Of a stretch of DNA of 36,715 nt, positions 34,652 through 36,715 are shown one piece after another; within the stretch, counting starts at the first letter, position 1, and each line of letters begins with the position of its first letter. The position numbers and the translations under genes are program-made. This DNA comes from a virus (taxonomy: Duplodnaviria > Caudoviricetes), in IMG/VR virus record IMGVR_UViG_3300010376_000083, positions 1 through 36,715 of that record; one strand, written 5' to 3'. The notes beneath the pieces were generated by a model. It ran no database searches and was not told the DNA's origin. It was given only the letters and a program-made list of their open reading frames with translations.

Positions 34652-34854
34652 GCGCGGCCCTCGCTCGGCCGCAAGAGATGGCCGCCTTTGTGATCCTTGT
34701 CGCGTACGCACTCCGAGCCCTTGCTATCCGCCGCAAACCCGCAGCGCGTTTTGCGCGCTGCATGCTCGAGCCCGTTGCAGCTCGTGCACGCGACAACCTC
34801 GTCGCCGATGCTCACGACGCCTGCGTCGTGACAGACCGCGCAGCGCGCCCTCAT
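34648..34854 (-). CDS. Small Cys-rich protein
   Basis: CAVC...CTSC; ATGA overlap at 34851-34854. Confidence 0.55.
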   Translation of the reverse strand: MRARCAVCHDAGVVSIGDEVVACTSCNGLEHAARKTRCGFAADSKGSECVRDKDHKGGHLLRPSEGRA

Positions 34855-35165
34855 GCCGGATCACCGGCGCCCGGCGCCTCGACCTTTTCGATGACGCGAT
34901 ACTCGTAGAGCCCGTCGACGACGTACCGACGATCGACGGTGTGCCCGAGCTTGCGCAGGTTTCTAAGCTGCGCCTGCACGCTGTTTTCAGGAAAACGAGT
35001 CGTCGGCCATAGTCGCCGCAATTCGTCGCAGAGCTGCGCGATCGAGCGCCAGGCCTGATCCCGCATTACAAAACACACGCGCTCGATCTGCGTGGTGAGC
35101 CGCTTCGCGTCTCGCTCCGGCTGATAGTCTGCGCCGGCGAATACCTGCTCGATCGTCGTCGTCAT
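34851..35165 (-). CDS. Winged-helix-like DNA-binding protein
   Basis: MRDQAWRSIAQL...ENSVQAQLRNLRK.G...RRY...YEY pattern; ATGA overlap. Confidence 0.7.
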   Translation of the reverse strand: MTTTIEQVFAGADYQPERDAKRLTTQIERVCFVMRDQAWRSIAQLCDELRRLWPTTRFPENSVQAQLRNLRKLGHTVDRRYVVDGLYEYRVIEKVEAPGAGDPA

Positions 35166-35479
35166 TTCGCACCCCCGAAAAACCACATGCGGCCGAGCTC
35201 GATAATCCAATCGCGAAACTCCCAAACGAGCAGCCACTCGACGGCGACCGCGGCGACGATGTACGCGCCATTGCGACGCCACCACACAAGGCGCCGCGCG
35301 CGCCTGGCGCAACGCTCGGCCTTGAGTTTGGCCTCGAGCGCGAACGAGCTGCGAAAACCGAAACAGTCGCGACAGTAACCGTCAAGAATCGGGCGCCCCA
35401 CGCCGTCGCAGTTCGACGTCGCGCACTTGGAATATGGCCGCGGCGTCGGCCGAGGCCAATCGATAACCGGCTCGATCAT
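35162..35479 (-). CDS. Hypothetical protein with Cys motif and C-terminal TM
   Basis: CATSNC...YCRDC followed by AYIVAAVAVEWLLVW; ATGA overlap. Confidence 0.6.
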   Translation of the reverse strand: MIEPVIDWPRPTPRPYSKCATSNCDGVGRPILDGYCRDCFGFRSSFALEAKLKAERCARRARRLVWWRRNGAYIVAAVAVEWLLVWEFRDWIIELGRMWFFGGAK

Positions 35480-35757
35480 GGTTTCGCCTTCCGCGCTTTG
35501 CGCCGCTCGCGCTCGCGCCGCCGCTGCTCGCGGCGTTGCTCTTTTCTCCGCTTCTCGATGGCCTCCGGCCGGCGACTGCGCCGCAACTTGGCGATCGCCT
35601 CGCGCTCGTCTTTGATCTTTTTGTTGCGCGCCCGCGTACACTCCGAGCGGTTGCAGCAGTCGCGCCGCGAGTTGAGCCATCCAACGCGATTGCCGTCGAT
35701 CGTGCCGCCGTCGTCTTCCGATTTGTCGCCGCAAAACTGGCAGATACCGGGAATCAT
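35476..35757 (-). CDS. Zn-binding protein with very basic tail
   Basis: CQFC...CCNRSEC followed by an Arg/Lys-rich helix; ATGA overlap. Confidence 0.65.
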   Translation of the reverse strand: MIPGICQFCGDKSEDDGGTIDGNRVGWLNSRRDCCNRSECTRARNKKIKDEREAIAKLRRSRRPEAIEKRRKEQRREQRRRERERRKARKAKP

Positions 35758-35963
35758 CGCGCGCCCTCAACTTCCGCGCGCGTGATCGGAACGCCGTACT
35801 CGCGAAAGATCGATTGCGCTGCGTTAAAAAGCAGCGCGCGCGCATCCAGGTTCGCGGCTGCCAGCTCGCGCGGCCAGCTCACATCAAACTGCGCGGCGAG
35901 ATGATCCATCGCATTACAGAGCATGTCGAGCCCGACTAGATCTCTGACCTCACTCACACTCAT
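35754..35963 (-). CDS. Hypothetical protein (69 aa)
   Basis: ATGA overlap at 35960-35963. Confidence 0.6.
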   Translation of the reverse strand: MSVSEVRDLVGLDMLCNAMDHLAAQFDVSWPRELAAANLDARALLFNAAQSIFREYGVPITRAEVEGAR

Positions 35964-36136
35964 GCCCGGCCGCCAATCTGCGCGGCCAGGCGCCCCCAAA
36001 CGATCGCGATCGCGATCAGCAGTAAGCAGGCCGCGACAAACGAGGCGCGCTCGTTGGGGATCGTCAGAACGCAAACGATGACGGCGCCGACGGAGCAGGC
36101 CAGGGCGCCAAAAAAGCAGAGCAGAAATCGCCTCAT
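35960..36136 (-). CDS. Small two-TM membrane protein
   Basis: FLLCFFGALACSVGAVIVCVL and FVAACLLLIAIAIVW; ATGA overlap. Confidence 0.65.
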   Translation of the reverse strand: MRRFLLCFFGALACSVGAVIVCVLTIPNERASFVAACLLLIAIAIVWGRLAAQIGGRA

Positions 36137-36429
36137 CGCCGGCCCCCCATCTGCATCTGCTCGAGCAGCTCGATCGCCTCGAGCACCTGGCCGGCGCGAC
36201 AGTTGGGATAATGGAAACTTTTTTTGTCGAGGCCCTGGCCCCATCCCTCCGGCTGCGGGCGCCGGCACTCGGAGCAAAACAGCGAGCCGCGGATGAAACG
36301 GATCTGAAACTCGGCCAGGATGTTCGCCCGCAAAACCAGATTGGCGAGCGCATTGTCGGCCGAGAGCTCGGCCGGTTTGGGTTGTCGTTGCGGAGGACGG
36401 GCGAGGATGCGTACAAGCCCTTTGAGCAT
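36133..36429 (-). CDS. Hypothetical protein with CxxC...H..xC motif, first gene of the early operon
   Basis: AAGGGG RBS; CSEC...FHYPNC. Confidence 0.65.
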   Translation of the reverse strand: MLKGLVRILARPPQRQPKPAELSADNALANLVLRANILAEFQIRFIRGSLFCSECRRPQPEGWGQGLDKKSFHYPNCRAGQVLEAIELLEQMQMGGRR

Positions 36430-36462
36430 GGTTTTCCCCTTTCGGCATCAAGGGGAAAAACC
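36430..36462 (-). promoter_or_regulatory. RBS-sequestering hairpin
   Basis: Minus strand GGTTTTTCCCCTT-GATGCCGA-AAGGGGAAAACC immediately before ATG 36429. Confidence 0.55.
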
Positions 36463-36572
36463 GTCTCGGTCTACGCCCGAGCGTCTAACGACGCCCTTTC
36501 CGGCGTAGTCCGAGGCAGAGGCGCGCCGAGGAGAGCGCGCATCTAAAGGAGTTAACTAGTTTTTTCGGGTTG

Positions 36573-36648
36573 TGGTGAGCCCGCTGGGACTTGAACCCAG
36601 GACCCACGCCTTAAAAGGGCGTTGCTCTACCAACTGAGCTACGGGCTC
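36573..36648 (-). tRNA. tRNA-Lys, anticodon TTT (integration target)
   Basis: 76 nt GAGCCCGTAGCTCAGTTGGTAGAGCAACGCCCTTTTAAGGCGTGGGTCCTGGGTTCAAGTCCCAGCGGGCTCACCA; full cloverleaf with encoded CCA. Confidence 0.98.
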
Positions 36649-36715
36649 TCTGCCGACGACATCCGGAGCGCAGATCGACCCGGTTGCGGCAAACCACTCA
36701 TTCAAAACTACCACA

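Larger units (their letters stand above)
79..36648 (-). mobile_element. HK97-like siphovirus prophage integrated in tRNA-Lys(TTT)
   Basis: Bounded by a direct repeat of the tRNA 3' half (79-123 vs 36573-36617); contains terminase, portal, protease, capsid, tail, lysis and replication genes in lambdoid order. Confidence 0.95.

Noticed and set aside
3682-36546. Numerous long plus-strand and alternate-frame Arg/Ala-rich ORFs
   Set aside because: Shadow ORFs of high-GC coding sequence overlapping well-supported minus-strand genes
1-36715. CRISPR array, diversity-generating retroelement, retron, IS element or tail-fibre shufflon
   Set aside because: No repeat-spacer array, reverse transcriptase, transposase, TR/VR pair or inverted fibre cassettes were seen

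Overview
The window is almost exactly one ~36.5 kb HK97-like siphoviral prophage. It lies between an intact tRNA-Lys(TTT) gene (36573-36648, minus strand) and a 45-bp duplicate of that tRNA's 3' half (79-123). Nearly all genes run on the minus strand in lambdoid order: small early genes (ASCH, GIY-YIG-like, Zn-ribbon and membrane proteins), replication initiator with internal iterons, XRE regulator, lysis cluster, HNH, probable cos, terminases, portal, protease, capsid, head-tail joining, tail tube, frameshifted chaperone pair, tape measure and tail tip. These are followed by an FN3 protein, a tyrosine-recombinase-fold gene and a small plus-strand three-gene cassette next to the left att. The most unusual features are: (1) the only recombinase lacks the first catalytic Arg, sits 1.7 kb from the att and is followed directly by a second copy of the att core; (2) a repeat-rich, foldable non-coding region upstream of it shares a motif with the att arm; (3) a ~300-nt G-U-rich candidate structured RNA lies inside the lysis cluster; (4) two tail-region proteins, including a 997-aa fibre/SGNH-like protein, carry Sec-type signal peptides; (5) a 24-bp element is shared upstream of terS and the FN3 gene; (6) no cI/cro switch is recognisable. 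All protein family calls are from motif recognition and gene order, not database searches, and the host taxon cannot be established from this window.
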